Origin: Eledone cirrhosa
Taxonomy: Eukaryota
DNA length: 64,000 nt
Assembly: GCA_964016885.1 (NCBI GenBank)
Contig: OZ024749.1
Coordinates: 34,534,001-34,598,000, forward strand
Direction: 5' to 3'
Positions within the stretch are counted from its first letter, which is position 1. The number at the start of each line of letters is the position of its first letter. A program made the position numbers and the translations under genes. This document shows positions 1 through 64,000 of the stretch, one piece after another. A model generated the notes under the pieces. It made no database searches and was not told where the DNA came from. It saw only the letters and a list, made by a program, of their open reading frames with translations.

Positions 1-63592
<63,592 letters not shown>

Positions 63593-64000
63593 GTTAGTTA
63601 GCTATCTATCTATATATATTTATTTATATTTCTTTTTATCTCACATTTGATGTCATCTATTCTGGCTATCAATGAAGTTCTGATACTGATATTAATGATG
63701 GTGGTGATGGCGATGAGAGTGGTAGTTGTGGGGGTTGTGGTTGCAGTAGTGGTGATGTGGTCAAATATTGTTGGTATTGGAATATGGGGATGGTAGGTTA
63801 TAGTCAAACATTGTTGATACTGGAATACTGTGATAAGAGGATGGCAGGTTTAACCCTTTTACAACAAACTACCTGAAAATGACCCTGGTTCTATGATACA
63901 AAGCTGTTTATTTTAGAGTGTTTATATCTACATAAAAGCTTTTCATCATAATTTTATGTAAGCAGTTTTGTTGTTAAGTTATTACATCAGGGAGCGGGGA

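Overview
AT-rich, repeat-dense animal genomic DNA. The (TA)n tracts and tRNA-SINE/MITE/CR1/RTE remnants suggest an octopus or other cephalopod (inference). The whole window lies inside one + strand gene, an axonemal inner-arm dynein heavy chain most like DNAH1. I traced 39 exon positions by hand. All introns are GT-AG and phase-consistent, giving 5,813 nt (about 1,937 codons) from the tail/linker through AAA1-AAA3 into the AAA4 P-loop; both gene ends lie outside the window. The main finding is a pair of tandem 106-nt exons (31667-31772 and 34296-34401) encoding alternative versions of the AAA1 Walker-B segment. Reading-frame constraints mean exactly one can be included, i.e. candidate mutually exclusive exons at the main ATPase site. 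Other findings: a 500-bp palindrome with a minimal hammerhead-ribozyme-like motif in each arm, a partial copy of the AAA2 exon created by a templated insertion, a copied splice acceptor 30 kb from its source, many intronic fold-back inversions, and a 30-bp satellite with 720-bp higher-order structure. No prokaryotic features are present, and most long ORFs in the track are repeat artefacts.
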